Of a stretch of DNA of 64,000 nucleotides, positions 1 to 9,595 are shown in pieces; the first letter of the stretch is position 1; each line of letters starts with the position of its first letter. The DNA comes from Myxococcota bacterium (lineage in GTDB: Bacteria > Myxococcota_A > UBA796 > UBA2385), in the NCBI GenBank assembly GCA_942491145.1, contig CALOBC010000038.1, forward strand, positions 34,130 to 98,129, written 5' to 3'. The notes beneath the pieces were generated by a model. It saw only the letters and a program-made list of their open reading frames with translations. It searched no databases and had not been told where the DNA came from. The position numbers and the translations under genes are program-made.

Positions 1-1016
1 ATCCAGCCCGTCATGCGTGCTGAGTCCCCCAAGTGGGACACGCCCGGGTTCATGTAGGGGCGGTCCTCCAGGCCGGAGTAGTTCCAGACCGGCACCTCAG
101 CTTGGAAGACGACCATCGGCCACGCGTCCATGTCGACATCGTGGGTGCCGGTGTCTTCGTCGAGGGCGCTCTGGTAGGACAGCTCGGTGGTGCCGTCTTC
201 GAAGGTGACGGTGAGTACGGTGGCTTCATTGCCGGACGGGGTGGTGCCTTGGCTGTACGCGAGGTGGGTCACCCTCCGCATGTTCACGTCGCCCCAGTCG
301 GGGGTCTCGCCGATGCGGGCGTCGGCGTCTGCGACGAGCTGGCGCAGCTGGTCCGTGCCGTCTTGGATGGTGTAGACGGTGGCCACGGCGACGTCGGTGG
401 TCACCCCGGCGGCGGAGAGTGCGTCGGTCAGCCCGTCGGGCGCCGTCCACCCCGCGGGGGGTTGGGCCCCGACAGCGGTGGTCACCACGGCCGCCAAGCG
501 TGCCCCGGACCGAGGCGGGTGGCCGAGGGCTGGCGCCATCGCGAGCAAGTGGTTGGCCAAGTAGGGGTCGCCGCCCGCGTCCGCCGTGAAGGTCAGCGTG
601 AGCGGGATGAGCTCGCCCGTGTCCATGTCGATGAGCAGCACACTGTCGTCGGGCGTGCCGTCGGTGGACTCAGGCGCGGTGATGGGGCCCGTGAAGCGGA
701 AGTAGGCCGGCGTCAGGTTGCCGAACCCGTTGGCGGTCATCTCCAGCCGGGCGCGCCAGCCTTCGATGATGGGCAGCGCCAGGTCGGTCGCGTGCACCGG
801 GTAGCCGCTCAGATCGGGCAGCATGTCGTCCCCCAGCAGATCATCGCTGGGAAAGGGCATGTCGAAGTAGTGGGTCGGCCGGGCGGGGTCGACGACCGCC
901 GTGACCACCGGGCCCGTGTCGTCCTCAGATGCGGCAGGCTTGGCCGGGTCTGACCCACAGCCGAGTCCGAGCCAGAGTGGGGCGCCGACAACAAGCAACA
1001 ATGAGGGCCGGTTCAT
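1..1016 (-). CDS. Lipoprotein, probable extracellular lipase/esterase-like protein (Lipase_bact_N-like N-terminus); 3' end lies outside the window
   Basis: Not in the ORF track because there is no stop in the window. Translated by hand from ATG 1016: MNRPSLLLVVGAPLWLGLGC-GSDPAK...YFDMPFPSDDL...GFGNLTPAYFRF. Signal peptide ends in Cys; ATGA overlap with the upstream hydrolase stop. Confidence 0.6.
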   Translation of the reverse strand, partial: MNRPSLLLVVGAPLWLGLGCGSDPAKPAASEDDTGPVVTAVVDPARPTHYFDMPFPSDDLLGDDMLPDLSGYPVHATDLALPIIEGWRARLEMTANGFGNLTPAYFRFTGPITAPESTDGTPDDSVLLIDMDTGELIPLTLTFTADAGGDPYLANHLLAMAPALGHPPRSGARLAAVVTTAVGAQPPAGWTAPDGLTDALSAAGVTTDVAVATVYTIQDGTDQLRQLVADADARIGETPDWGDVNMRRVTHLAYSQGTTPSGNEATVLTVTFEDGTTELSYQSALDEDTGTHDVDMDAWPMVVFQAEVPVWNYSGLEDRPYMNPGVSHLGDSARMTGW

Positions 1017-1870
1017 GGAGTCTCCTGTGGGCGCAGCGTAGCCGCTTCAGCGGGTGCCGTGGTGGTGGCCGCGAGCTCACGCAGCGCCTTCCCCAGCTCG
1101 ACCGCGTGGGACTTCTGGATGTTGTGGCCACCGGTGGGCCAGGTCAAGCGGGGACCGGCGGGTGCGGCGTCGGCGAGGGCTTGGGAGAGAGCGGGGGGGA
1201 TGAGGGGATCATCGGTGGCCCAGGCGACGAGCGTGGGCAGCTGGAGCGCCTTGACGGTCTGTGCCCACTCGGGAAAGTCCAGTGCCGCCGCGCACCGCAG
1301 CGTGTGGGCGAGCTGGTCCGGGTCCCACCGGCGGGGAAAGCCCATGCGCTCGAACATCCAGGGCAGCGTCGGCCGAGTGAGGCGGCCCGTCCAGCGACCG
1401 TCGATCAGGCCCATGATGCGGGCGGGTCGGCCATGATCGACGGTGGGGTGGGCGACGGGACCGAGGCTGGCGAGCAGCCCGAGGGCGGACACCCGGTCGG
1501 GGACCAGAGACGCGGCCGTTCCCGCGAGGGCGCCACCCATGGAGTGTCCGATGAGCAGGACGTTGTCGAGGTCCAGTCGCTCCAGGATCTCGGCGACAAA
1601 GGTGGCCCGCCCAGGGATGTCGACGGCCGGCGCGGTGGCCAGCGGCGTGTCGCCAAAACCGGGCATGTCGATGCGGAGCAGGCGCAGGCCGCAGTCGGGG
1701 GTCAACAGTGCGGGCGCCAGCCACCGATAGTCTCGGGTGCCGCCGGGGTAGCCGGGCACCGCCAGCACGACGCGGCCCTTGGGGTCGCCCTCGTCGGTAT
1801 ACGAGAACGTCCCAGTGCTGAGCCGTCCCCGGCGGGTGCGGGGGTCAGAGGGCGTCGCGGGTGTGCTCAT
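1013..1870 (-). CDS. Alpha/beta-fold hydrolase
   Basis: GHSMGG nucleophile elbow, oxyanion region PGYPGG, RIDMPGFG, acid WATDD, His in GGHNIQ. Confidence 0.9.
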   Translation of the reverse strand: MSTPATPSDPRTRRGRLSTGTFSYTDEGDPKGRVVLAVPGYPGGTRDYRWLAPALLTPDCGLRLLRIDMPGFGDTPLATAPAVDIPGRATFVAEILERLDLDNVLLIGHSMGGALAGTAASLVPDRVSALGLLASLGPVAHPTVDHGRPARIMGLIDGRWTGRLTRPTLPWMFERMGFPRRWDPDQLAHTLRCAAALDFPEWAQTVKALQLPTLVAWATDDPLIPPALSQALADAAPAGPRLTWPTGGHNIQKSHAVELGKALRELAATTTAPAEAATLRPQETP

Positions 1871-1964
1871 GGAACGGCCGGGGCTCGCTGGGGGGGCGAT
1901 GGTTCTACCCGGCTGGGCACCCTGGCGGTCTCGGCGTCACGGGTCCGACAGGCAGCCACTGGGC

Positions 1965-3539
1965 CTATTGGTTGATGACCCGGAGCACCATCTCGCGAAG
2001 CTCGTCGGCGATGGGCGGCTTGTCCACGACCCGCGGAAAGGTGTGGAGGAATTGGGCCAGCCGCGTGTCGGTCGCGCCTCCGGTGCAGAACACCACACGG
2101 TCGGCCAAGGCAAGCTGGCGGGCCACCACGGACTCGTAGAGGTCCATGCCCGTCATGCCCGGCATGGACATGTCGAAGATGGCACAGTCGAAGGTCTCGC
2201 CGGCATCGAGCAGCGCCAGCGCTTCTGGGCCGCTGCCGACCTCGACCACCGCGTGGGTCTTCAGCATGCGTGCGAGCACTCGCCGCACCCGGGGCTCGTC
2301 GTCGACCAGCAGCACCCGCCCCCGGTCTCGCCATGGGCTTGGGGTTGTGGGACCCCGTCTGGGGACCGGAGTCAGCGGGGGTGGGGACTCGGCACGGTGC
2401 ACCGGCAGGTAGATCCGGACCAGGGCCCCGCCGAGCTCCGACGTGCCGGCCTCGACCCGACCGCCCGATCCGAGCACCAGATCCCGGGTGACGCTCATGC
2501 CCAGGCCCTTGCCTTGGGTGCGGGGCCAGTGTTGGGTGGCGGAAGACTCTTGGGCTTCCAGCAGGCCAGGACGGAAGCCAGGGCCCCCGTCGTCGACTTG
2601 GATGCGCACCCCGGCTGGCCCCGCCGATGCCACGGTCAGCCGCACCGCCCGCTTGCGCTGGGGTTGCTGATCGACAGCCTCGACGGCGTTGATCAAGAGG
2701 TTCAGCACCGCCCGTGTGATGGCCTGGCGAGATCCTCGCACGTTGGGAACGCTGGTGTCGACGTGGGTCTCGATCTCGACCACGTGGCGGGACTGGGGCA
2801 GCAGCAGGCCCAGCGCGTCGGCGGCCGCACGGGCGGGACTGCAGAACGCGCCGGCACCGGTGTCGTGGATCGTCAGCTTCTGGAGCGAGCGGGACAGCGT
2901 CACAATGCGCTGCAGTCCGTTCCGGTTCTCGCCAATCAGTGCCCGGATGTTCGCCAGGAACTGGGCTTGTTCGGCGGAGGGGCCGGTGGCGGCCAAGTCG
3001 TCGAGGGTCTCTTCGATCTCGGCCTGGTTCAGGGTGATCCAGCTCGCGGGGTTGTTGATGTCGTGGGCCACCCCGCTGGCCAGCCGCCCCACTTGGGCGA
3101 GGCGCTCGGCGGCTTCGACTTGGGTGCGCATCGACAGCAGCTCTTGCCGCGTGACGGCGTGAAACACCGCACGTTGGAGCTGACGAAGGTCGAATGTGCC
3201 CTTGATCAAGTAGTCTTGGGCGCCCGAGCGGATCGCTTGTTGCTCGGCGGCGGCATCCTCACGACCGGTGATGACCACGACCGGCACGCCCGGGGCCGCT
3301 TGCTCAAGCTGGCGCAGCGCTTCGGGTCCGGTCGCGTCCGGCAGCGACCAGTCCAGGAGGATGCAGTGGAACCGTTGCTGGGCGAGCAGCGCGGTCGCTT
3401 CGGCCATGTCCTGGGCTTGGTCGACCGTGATCTGGTCGCTGGTTCGTGCCATGCGGACGAGGGAGCGTCGATCGAGGTCGTCGTCTTCAATGTGGAGCAG
3501 TGAGTGTGCGATGACGTCCTCCCGCGGCGGCCGCGTCAA
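1965..3539 (-). CDS. Hybrid sensor histidine kinase (REC-HisKA-HATPase-REC)
   Basis: N-terminal REC (IEDD, LLDWSLPD), H-box GVAHDINNP, N-box LNLLINAVEA, G boxes DDGGPG and GKGLGM, C-terminal REC (VDDE, FDMSMPG); start codon uncertain. Confidence 0.92.
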   Translation of the reverse strand: MTRPPREDVIAHSLLHIEDDDLDRRSLVRMARTSDQITVDQAQDMAEATALLAQQRFHCILLDWSLPDATGPEALRQLEQAAPGVPVVVITGREDAAAEQQAIRSGAQDYLIKGTFDLRQLQRAVFHAVTRQELLSMRTQVEAAERLAQVGRLASGVAHDINNPASWITLNQAEIEETLDDLAATGPSAEQAQFLANIRALIGENRNGLQRIVTLSRSLQKLTIHDTGAGAFCSPARAAADALGLLLPQSRHVVEIETHVDTSVPNVRGSRQAITRAVLNLLINAVEAVDQQPQRKRAVRLTVASAGPAGVRIQVDDGGPGFRPGLLEAQESSATQHWPRTQGKGLGMSVTRDLVLGSGGRVEAGTSELGGALVRIYLPVHRAESPPPLTPVPRRGPTTPSPWRDRGRVLLVDDEPRVRRVLARMLKTHAVVEVGSGPEALALLDAGETFDCAIFDMSMPGMTGMDLYESVVARQLALADRVVFCTGGATDTRLAQFLHTFPRVVDKPPIADELREMVLRVINQ

Positions 3540-3623
3540 CTTGGCGGATGGCAGGGCGGGTTCAGCGAGGCCCCGGTCTGAATCGGACGGGACGCCCCTG
3601 TCCTGACGGCGAACTCGAATGGT

Positions 3624-4010
3624 CTATAGCCCGATCGTGCTACGCAGCAGCGACTCCGACGCCCGGCCCTTGGCAAGGTAAGATACCCCGGGCTTCAGCG
3701 GGGACAGCCACCGCAGGTCTTCGCCGGTCATGACCACGGTCACCGTGCCCGCCGCGCTCAGGGTCCCCGCCAGCGCATCACTCCTGCCGTCGGGCAGGTT
3801 GCGGTCCAACACCACGGCGTCGAAGGTCTGCTGCTCCAGCGCGATCTGCGCTTCGGCGAGCGTCGCCACGCCGACCACTCGACAGTCCGGTCCCAAGATC
3901 CGGGTGACCCACATCCGGTCGATGCGGTTGTCGTCGACAACCAGCACAGTGACGGCATGTTGGGGGGGGCGCGCAGTCTGCGGCTTACGGGGGAAGTCGA
4001 GGGCGGTCAC
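3624..4010 (-). CDS. Single-domain response regulator (CheY-like)
   Basis: VLVVDDN, VVLDRNLPDG, MTG, YLAKG motifs. GTG start at 4010 preferred; the longer ORF-track N-terminus looks non-coding. Confidence 0.8.
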   Translation of the reverse strand: MTALDFPRKPQTARPPQHAVTVLVVDDNRIDRMWVTRILGPDCRVVGVATLAEAQIALEQQTFDAVVLDRNLPDGRSDALAGTLSAAGTVTVVMTGEDLRWLSPLKPGVSYLAKGRASESLLRSTIGL

Positions 4011-4342
4011 GAGATCAGCAGGGTGCTGTGTGCCGCGGACAAGCGCCCGTCGGGGCGGGTCAGCGGTCCGGGGCCAGAGCCGCCGTGCAGCGCCGGTGGG
4101 AGGACAGGGAGGCCACCGGAGTGGGGCGGCCCGCTGTGGGTGTGGTTGTCCCAGGTCAGATTGGTCATGGCCCCGTTTTGTCCAGTGTGGGGTGGAGTGG
4201 ATGTGCCACAGCCTACATCGGCTCGACTCTCCAAGAACAGTAGTCCAGGCGCCCCCCCAGATTGGCCATGTTGGTGATGAACGGCCCACTATCGGGCACT
4301 GCCGGCTGGTGTGTCTTGGTGCCCCATTGACCCGTCATGGCT

Positions 4343-4835
4343 ACCGGTCTTCTGGCGCCGGGGGCGTGTCGCCAGGACCGGTCTGTGCATCCTCGGCGGT
4401 CCGCGAGGTGGGTCCTTCGGGGACCACGGTTGAGGCGGCTGCGTGGTTCAGGCCACTCTCGGCGTCTGCGGCGTCAGGGAGGGGTAGGTCCCGCCGCCAC
4501 TCGGTGCACGGGGACGGCACTCTGACCCCCGCATGGGGTGGCTGGCCCACCTGACCAGTTTGTGTGGGGGGGAGCTCGTCCCGGCACCTGGTGGCCTGAG
4601 CGGATCGATTCTTCGGATCGATGGCGGCTTGTGTGGTCTGGTCCCAGGTTTTGTGCTGAGCCGCCGGCCGGCGCAAAGGCCGGCGCTACGGCTTGCTGGC
4701 GTCACGGGTTCGGGCTGACACGTATATGTTCCGCCACCGATGGTGCGACCGGATGCCCCAAGAAATCCGTGCTCAGCGGCCACCCTGAGCGGCGTACCCG
4801 TATAGCGCCGCTGTGTCGGTGGACGACTGACCGAT
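4343..4835 (+). ncRNA. Candidate structured non-coding RNA or cis-regulatory region (unassigned)
   Basis: No credible ORF. Dense hairpins, including a 13-bp bulged stem at 4343-4382 and CTTCGG loops near 4415 and 4611. No Rfam signature recognised. Confidence 0.25.
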
Positions 4836-4905
4836 TTTGGCCATCCCGCACTGCCTCCACAGCACGGTACGGGCGCGTGGGTCCAGCCGTCAGCCCGTCC
4901 AGGTC

Positions 4906-6891
4906 TCAGCCCGCGAGCACCAAGTTGTTCAGGAAGGCCACGACCACACCCATGATGCTCACGCCGGCAATGACCCCGGAGCTCACCGGCACGATGTAGT
5001 CCTTGGCGAGCTGGGGCTTCCGCTTCATCAGCACAAAGGCGATGACGGCGCCCACGAACATGCTCAGTGGGTACTGGAACGGCAGGATGAAGCCCAGGCC
5101 CATGGCAGTGCCGCTGGGCATCCAGGTCTTCAGCTTCTTGGGCACCACCATCTCGACGATGGTCAGGATGATGCCGATGACCGCGCCCAAGGCAATCGCC
5201 TTTTGGTGCATGGGGTGCATGTTCTCGATGCCCATGCGGAACAGCTCGGCCACGGCGGCCCACGCTTGGGCGGCCGGTGCGGGGAACTTCGGTGCGGCCC
5301 CGCCCACGCCGGTGAGCGTGGTGGCGTCCGGCACCAACAAGTAGAAGCCCGAGACCGTGGCCAGGGTGCCCGCGAAGATGCCCATGAACTGGGCCAAGAA
5401 CTGGCGGCGGGGGTCGGCACCGAGCAGGTAGCCGCTCTTCAGGTCGTTGAGCAGGTCAGCCGAGGACCCGGCGGCGGCGGACGTGATGCCGGCCGTCATC
5501 AGGTTGGCCGACACCGACTGGGGGATGAGGATGCCGTAGGTGAGCTGCATCAGCTTGCCCATGGCGCCCACGGGGGTGATGTCGGACTCGCCGGTCGCCC
5601 GGCAGGCCACGAGGGCCAGGAAGAAGGTCAGCGTCACTGCGAGCAGCCCGAAGTACCAGGGCACGTCGAAGTAGACCGCGGCCACGGCAATCACGCCGGC
5701 GCCAGAGAAGCTGCCGCCGATGACGAACCACGACAGCGGCACCTCCACCTTGGCCGCTTGCTCGTCATGGGGAGAGCTCTCACCGCCGCCGGTGAAGCCC
5801 TGGAATGCCCGCAGGATGGTCTTGTATTGGGTGGCAAAGCTGAGCAGCCCGCTCGACACCAGGATGGGCACGCCGAACCACAGCCCGATCTCTTTCCACG
5901 CCTTCCAGGGCTTTGTCGCGGCCCGGACGAGATCACCGTTGGCGTTGGTCCACTCTGCTTCCCACCCAATCGGGCCGACCACATAGGCCAGCAACAGGCC
6001 ACCGATCAGCATCCACGTCGCAACCCGCATGCCGACGATGGCCCCTGCCGCGATCATCACGGGGTTCATGTCCATCACGAGGGTCCAGTCGCTGGGCTTC
6101 CAGGGCACCAGCTTGCCGGCCTCGTCGATGTGGGCGCCCCGGGCGGGCAGCATGTCGAAGATCTTGGCGTCCGCCGCCATCAGGGGAGCACCGTCCTTGC
6201 CGATGGGCAGCTCCATGAGCGGCGGGAAGATGGCCCCGAACAGCGCGCTCACGAGCAGCGCCTTGGCCTTGGCGAGGGCACTCTTGCCCTCGGAGTACAG
6301 CGACTGGAGCGTGGTGGCCGCGGCGACGCCCGACGGAAAGCGCAGCCGCTCCCGGTTGATGAGGTTGCGCTTCATCGGGATGGCGATGACCGTGCCCAGG
6401 ATCGCCAGGAACAGCGTCCACATCGTCAACACCGGCCATGGCAGGTGCTGGCCCTGGGGGTTGTCGGGGGTCGCCGAGAGCATCAGCAGCGCCGCGATGG
6501 CCGACACCATCGTGCCGCCCGTCGAGTAGCCCGCCGACGACGCAGTCGACTGCATGCAGTTGTTCTCGAGGATGGTCATCGGCGTCTTTGCGATGCCCGA
6601 CTTCTCCAGCCCCGTCCAGATGGCGTAGCTGAGGATGCACGCCGTGATGGCCACCCCCAGGCCCCAGCCGGTCTTCAGCCCGATGTAGAGGTTCGTGAAC
6701 GCCAGCAGGAACCCGAGCGCCGACCCCATGAGCACGGCCCGCGCGGTGAGCTGGGGCACATCGTCGCCGCGGTAGACCTTCGCGTACCAAGTGGCCTCGT
6801 CCATCTCCAGGACTTCTTCAGGCCCGATGGAGAGGGGGCGACACGCCTCCACCTCTTCGGGGGTCTTCGGTGCGGGCTGGAACAAGGCCAT
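4906..6891 (-). CDS. OPT/YSL family oligopeptide transporter
   Basis: LTARAVLMG, NLYIGLKTGW, ENNCMQSTAS, LRFPSGVAAA, DLKSGYLLGA, FPAPAAQAW motifs; many TM helices; start at MALFQ. Confidence 0.93.
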   Translation of the reverse strand: MALFQPAPKTPEEVEACRPLSIGPEEVLEMDEATWYAKVYRGDDVPQLTARAVLMGSALGFLLAFTNLYIGLKTGWGLGVAITACILSYAIWTGLEKSGIAKTPMTILENNCMQSTASSAGYSTGGTMVSAIAALLMLSATPDNPQGQHLPWPVLTMWTLFLAILGTVIAIPMKRNLINRERLRFPSGVAAATTLQSLYSEGKSALAKAKALLVSALFGAIFPPLMELPIGKDGAPLMAADAKIFDMLPARGAHIDEAGKLVPWKPSDWTLVMDMNPVMIAAGAIVGMRVATWMLIGGLLLAYVVGPIGWEAEWTNANGDLVRAATKPWKAWKEIGLWFGVPILVSSGLLSFATQYKTILRAFQGFTGGGESSPHDEQAAKVEVPLSWFVIGGSFSGAGVIAVAAVYFDVPWYFGLLAVTLTFFLALVACRATGESDITPVGAMGKLMQLTYGILIPQSVSANLMTAGITSAAAGSSADLLNDLKSGYLLGADPRRQFLAQFMGIFAGTLATVSGFYLLVPDATTLTGVGGAAPKFPAPAAQAWAAVAELFRMGIENMHPMHQKAIALGAVIGIILTIVEMVVPKKLKTWMPSGTAMGLGFILPFQYPLSMFVGAVIAFVLMKRKPQLAKDYIVPVSSGVIAGVSIMGVVVAFLNNLVLAG

Positions 6892-6992
6892 GGTCACGCC
6901 GGGGCCCAAGGCGCGGCGCGCGCCGAATGGGGCGCGGGGAGTCTACACGTTGCGGGGGTGCCGGGTGCCGGGTCGCTGACGGGCCACCCGCT

Positions 6993-7295
6993 TCAGCAAC
7001 CGGCGAACAAGGTCTGCCAGCGCTCGGCATTGTCGACGTCCATGCCCGTCCATGCGCGCAGTGCATCCATCGTGGCCGCGCGCAGTGCCGGATCGGTGGA
7101 CTCCAGCAAGGGCAACAAGCCCTGGATCACGGCTTCGGCCCGCTTGGGCTCGGCAGTGCCTTCTGGCGGGGCACTCTCCGCGAGTGCTTGCACGTCGGCC
7201 AGCGCCGGTGCCCGTCCAGGCGACAGGTCGGGGACATCGGCGTGGGCGGATGCCACCATCCAGAGACCAGCCCAGAGGAAGCTGCCCATGATCAT
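6993..7295 (-). CDS. Small secreted hypothetical protein (HEAT-like helical hairpin)
   Basis: Signal peptide ending ASAHA-D, GGGAG upstream of ATG 7295, LLESTDPALRAATMDAL segment. Confidence 0.5.
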   Translation of the reverse strand: MIMGSFLWAGLWMVASAHADVPDLSPGRAPALADVQALAESAPPEGTAEPKRAEAVIQGLLPLLESTDPALRAATMDALRAWTGMDVDNAERWQTLFAGC

Positions 7296-7366
7296 CTCCC
7301 GTGCTGCCTTCAGGCTTCGGCCGTTGCTGCGGGGGACTTGAAGGCATCTGGGCCGTTGGGTGGTCT

Positions 7367-8743
7367 TTATTGCCGGCGGCGGGCCACCACGGCGAGGGGC
7401 ACCCACCACACCATCCAAGGGGCCACCGCACCCACGCTGCACCCGCCGTCGTCTTTGGTCCCCACACCCTCGGCCTCCGGGGTGTCGTCCTCGACGGGGT
7501 CGGGACGGTCCGGAATGCCCGTGTCCTCGTCATCATCGGGGACGTCCGTGCCGCCGGTCGACAGGAGCACGGTCGGCACCGTTGCACGGATGCGGGCGTC
7601 CGCGTCGAAGCCTGCTTCCCCCAAGTTGATGACCCCCACGGTGAGGTCACCCGACAGCGCCGACGTGTGACCGGTCGGGTCGCCGTCTTCGTGGTTGCCC
7701 GCTTCATCGGTGATGACCACCGCCCATCGGATGCCCTCACCACCGTCGACAGTGACGTCCAGCGGGGCATCTTCGGTGACGCCGGTGACCGTGACATGCC
7801 ACGAGCCGGTCTCGTAGACCCCGGGCTCTGGGCGCAGCTCTTGGGACGCGACGGCGAGGTCGGCGGCAGTGACGCTCAGGGACGGGCGCAGGCCCCACGG
7901 CACCGTCGCAGCATCGGCGGGCGCGGCGGGTGCAGCGCTGGATCCCGCGAGCTGGCGAAACACGGTGAACTCGATCAAGGCGTCTTCCCAGGGTTGCCCG
8001 CTGACCGCTGCCCAGGCATCCAACACATCCGGCTCGTTGTCCCAGCCCTCCTGCTCCATGGCGCCCCACAGCGCGGGCCCCACCGACCCTTCGCCATCCC
8101 CGTAGACCGCGTCCATGTGGAGGATCCACATTCCTGCGCCGTACTCATGGTAGGACCAGATCTCGTAGTCATCCCACAAGATGTAGCCGTCGCCCAGGAT
8201 GCCCATCCACGGGTACGTCTGGAAGTCGCGGACGTAGTTTCCGGTGATGGAGTAGTCGTCGAGGGTCCACGCCTCAGCGGCCGTCGCCGTGGCCTCCCAC
8301 ACCGGCAGCGTGGGCTCCGTGAAGTCCGTCGCGAACTGGATCAAGTGGTTGAATTCATGGGCCACGTAGCTGGGCAAGTTGGCCAATGAGATGGCCGGGT
8401 CCAGCGCCATGTAGGCGTGGCAGCCCATGCGGCCGTCGGTGGTGACTTCGTCCTCGAACGGGCCATAGACATACGCGCCGCCGTCGGTGCCATCCGTGGT
8501 GATGTACACATCGAGAATGCCGTCGTCATCGGGCATCGGGGCATGGAAGCCCAGCCGGTCGACCTGGGCTTGCCAAGACGCCGAGATGGCGGGCAACACC
8601 ACATCACAGCGGTCGGCGAGGGCGGCATCGTTCCAGTGGCAGCGCACGGGAAGGGTGTCGTGGTCGACCGAGTCGATGGACTCCGGTCGCCAACCATCCG
8701 TGAGCATGACCACAGTTGCGAGGGCAGCGGTACGGCACAGCAT
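7367..8743 (-). CDS. Secreted zinc metallopeptidase with MYXO-CTERM-type tail (MXAN_6640-like)
   Basis: AHEFNHLIQ (HExxH) plus WEATA; C-terminus GCSVG-hydrophobic-RRRQ. Confidence 0.8.
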   Translation of the reverse strand: MLCRTAALATVVMLTDGWRPESIDSVDHDTLPVRCHWNDAALADRCDVVLPAISASWQAQVDRLGFHAPMPDDDGILDVYITTDGTDGGAYVYGPFEDEVTTDGRMGCHAYMALDPAISLANLPSYVAHEFNHLIQFATDFTEPTLPVWEATATAAEAWTLDDYSITGNYVRDFQTYPWMGILGDGYILWDDYEIWSYHEYGAGMWILHMDAVYGDGEGSVGPALWGAMEQEGWDNEPDVLDAWAAVSGQPWEDALIEFTVFRQLAGSSAAPAAPADAATVPWGLRPSLSVTAADLAVASQELRPEPGVYETGSWHVTVTGVTEDAPLDVTVDGGEGIRWAVVITDEAGNHEDGDPTGHTSALSGDLTVGVINLGEAGFDADARIRATVPTVLLSTGGTDVPDDDEDTGIPDRPDPVEDDTPEAEGVGTKDDGGCSVGAVAPWMVWWVPLAVVARRRQ

Positions 8744-8755
8744 AGGACGCCTCGG

Positions 8756-9595
8756 TCAGGGCTGGGGGGCTGGTCGGAGCTGGCGGTCGAACAGGTCCAG
8801 GACGGCTTGGAGGGCAGCCTGGGTGGGGTGGTCCGGGTCGTCGGCCCGCAGCTCCGTGGTGAGCACCGAGTGGGCAAACGGGGCCACCGAGGGGCGGCCA
8901 GCCAAGTCCACTGTGCCATCGATGAAGCCGTCGCCGAGCTCCTGTTGCAGCCTCTCGAAGCGGCTGCCGAACATCAACCAGTCGCCCTTCATCCGCAGCC
9001 CGAGCACAGGACAGCCCGACTTGGACCGCCGCTTGACGATCTGCAGGTCTTCGTCGGAGATGTGCAGCCCGCGGGCCAGCCCGGGGGTGAGCGAGAACGG
9101 CAGCGAGGGCTGGCTGAGAACGGGCGCCATCACACTCTCATCGACCATCATGGCGAGCGCAAAATTGCCGGTGAGGCACATACCGAGGGCGCCCACGCCG
9201 GGCCCGCCGCAGTGTTCGTGGGCCTCGCGGCACAAGGCCCGCAGCCACTTCACAATCGGGCTGGAGCGTCGGGAGGCCAGCACCAGGAACTCGCGGGAGA
9301 TGCACGCGCGCACAATCGAGGCGGCGGTGTAGCCATCGCTGTAGGGCCGGCCCGGATCACCAAAGAGGTGGGGCATCACGACGGTGTAGCCGGCGTCCAC
9401 AATGCGCCGGGCGAACTCCGCGACCTCGGGCGTGATGCCCGGGATCTCGTGCATCACCACGACTGCAGGTCCGCTCCCCTTCCAAAACACCGTGCGGGTC
9501 TTGCCGTCGAAGGCGAAGGGCAGCGGGGTGAAGTCGTCGAGGGGATCGGGAGTCTGACTGGGACGCACCGGGGTGGGGGGCGTCCGCTCGCTCAA
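8756..9595 (-). CDS. Dienelactone hydrolase family protein
   Basis: VVMHEIPG, Cys nucleophile in GALGMCLTG, His in AHSVLT; TTG start overlaps the upstream stop. Confidence 0.88.
   Translation of the reverse strand: MSERTPPTPVRPSQTPDPLDDFTPLPFAFDGKTRTVFWKGSGPAVVVMHEIPGITPEVAEFARRIVDAGYTVVMPHLFGDPGRPYSDGYTAASIVRACISREFLVLASRRSSPIVKWLRALCREAHEHCGGPGVGALGMCLTGNFALAMMVDESVMAPVLSQPSLPFSLTPGLARGLHISDEDLQIVKRRSKSGCPVLGLRMKGDWLMFGSRFERLQQELGDGFIDGTVDLAGRPSVAPFAHSVLTTELRADDPDHPTQAALQAVLDLFDRQLRPAPQP

Noticed and set aside
4330-4900. Identity as tmRNA, RNase P RNA, SRP RNA, c-di-GMP-I or cobalamin riboswitch
   Set aside because: Signatures absent: no GAGGAAAGUCC, no TTCGA-type T-loop with CCA end, no GGAAGGAAGCAGC. 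GGCGCAAAGGC resembles GEMM P2 but the P1 GCAAAC element is missing.
4837-7341. Long + strand ORF (834 aa), and similar long ORFs such as 15727-18018, 20045-22099, 24041-26113 and 33939-36215
   Set aside because: Antisense shadows of well-supported minus-strand genes; stop codons are scarce at high GC and the translations have no motifs
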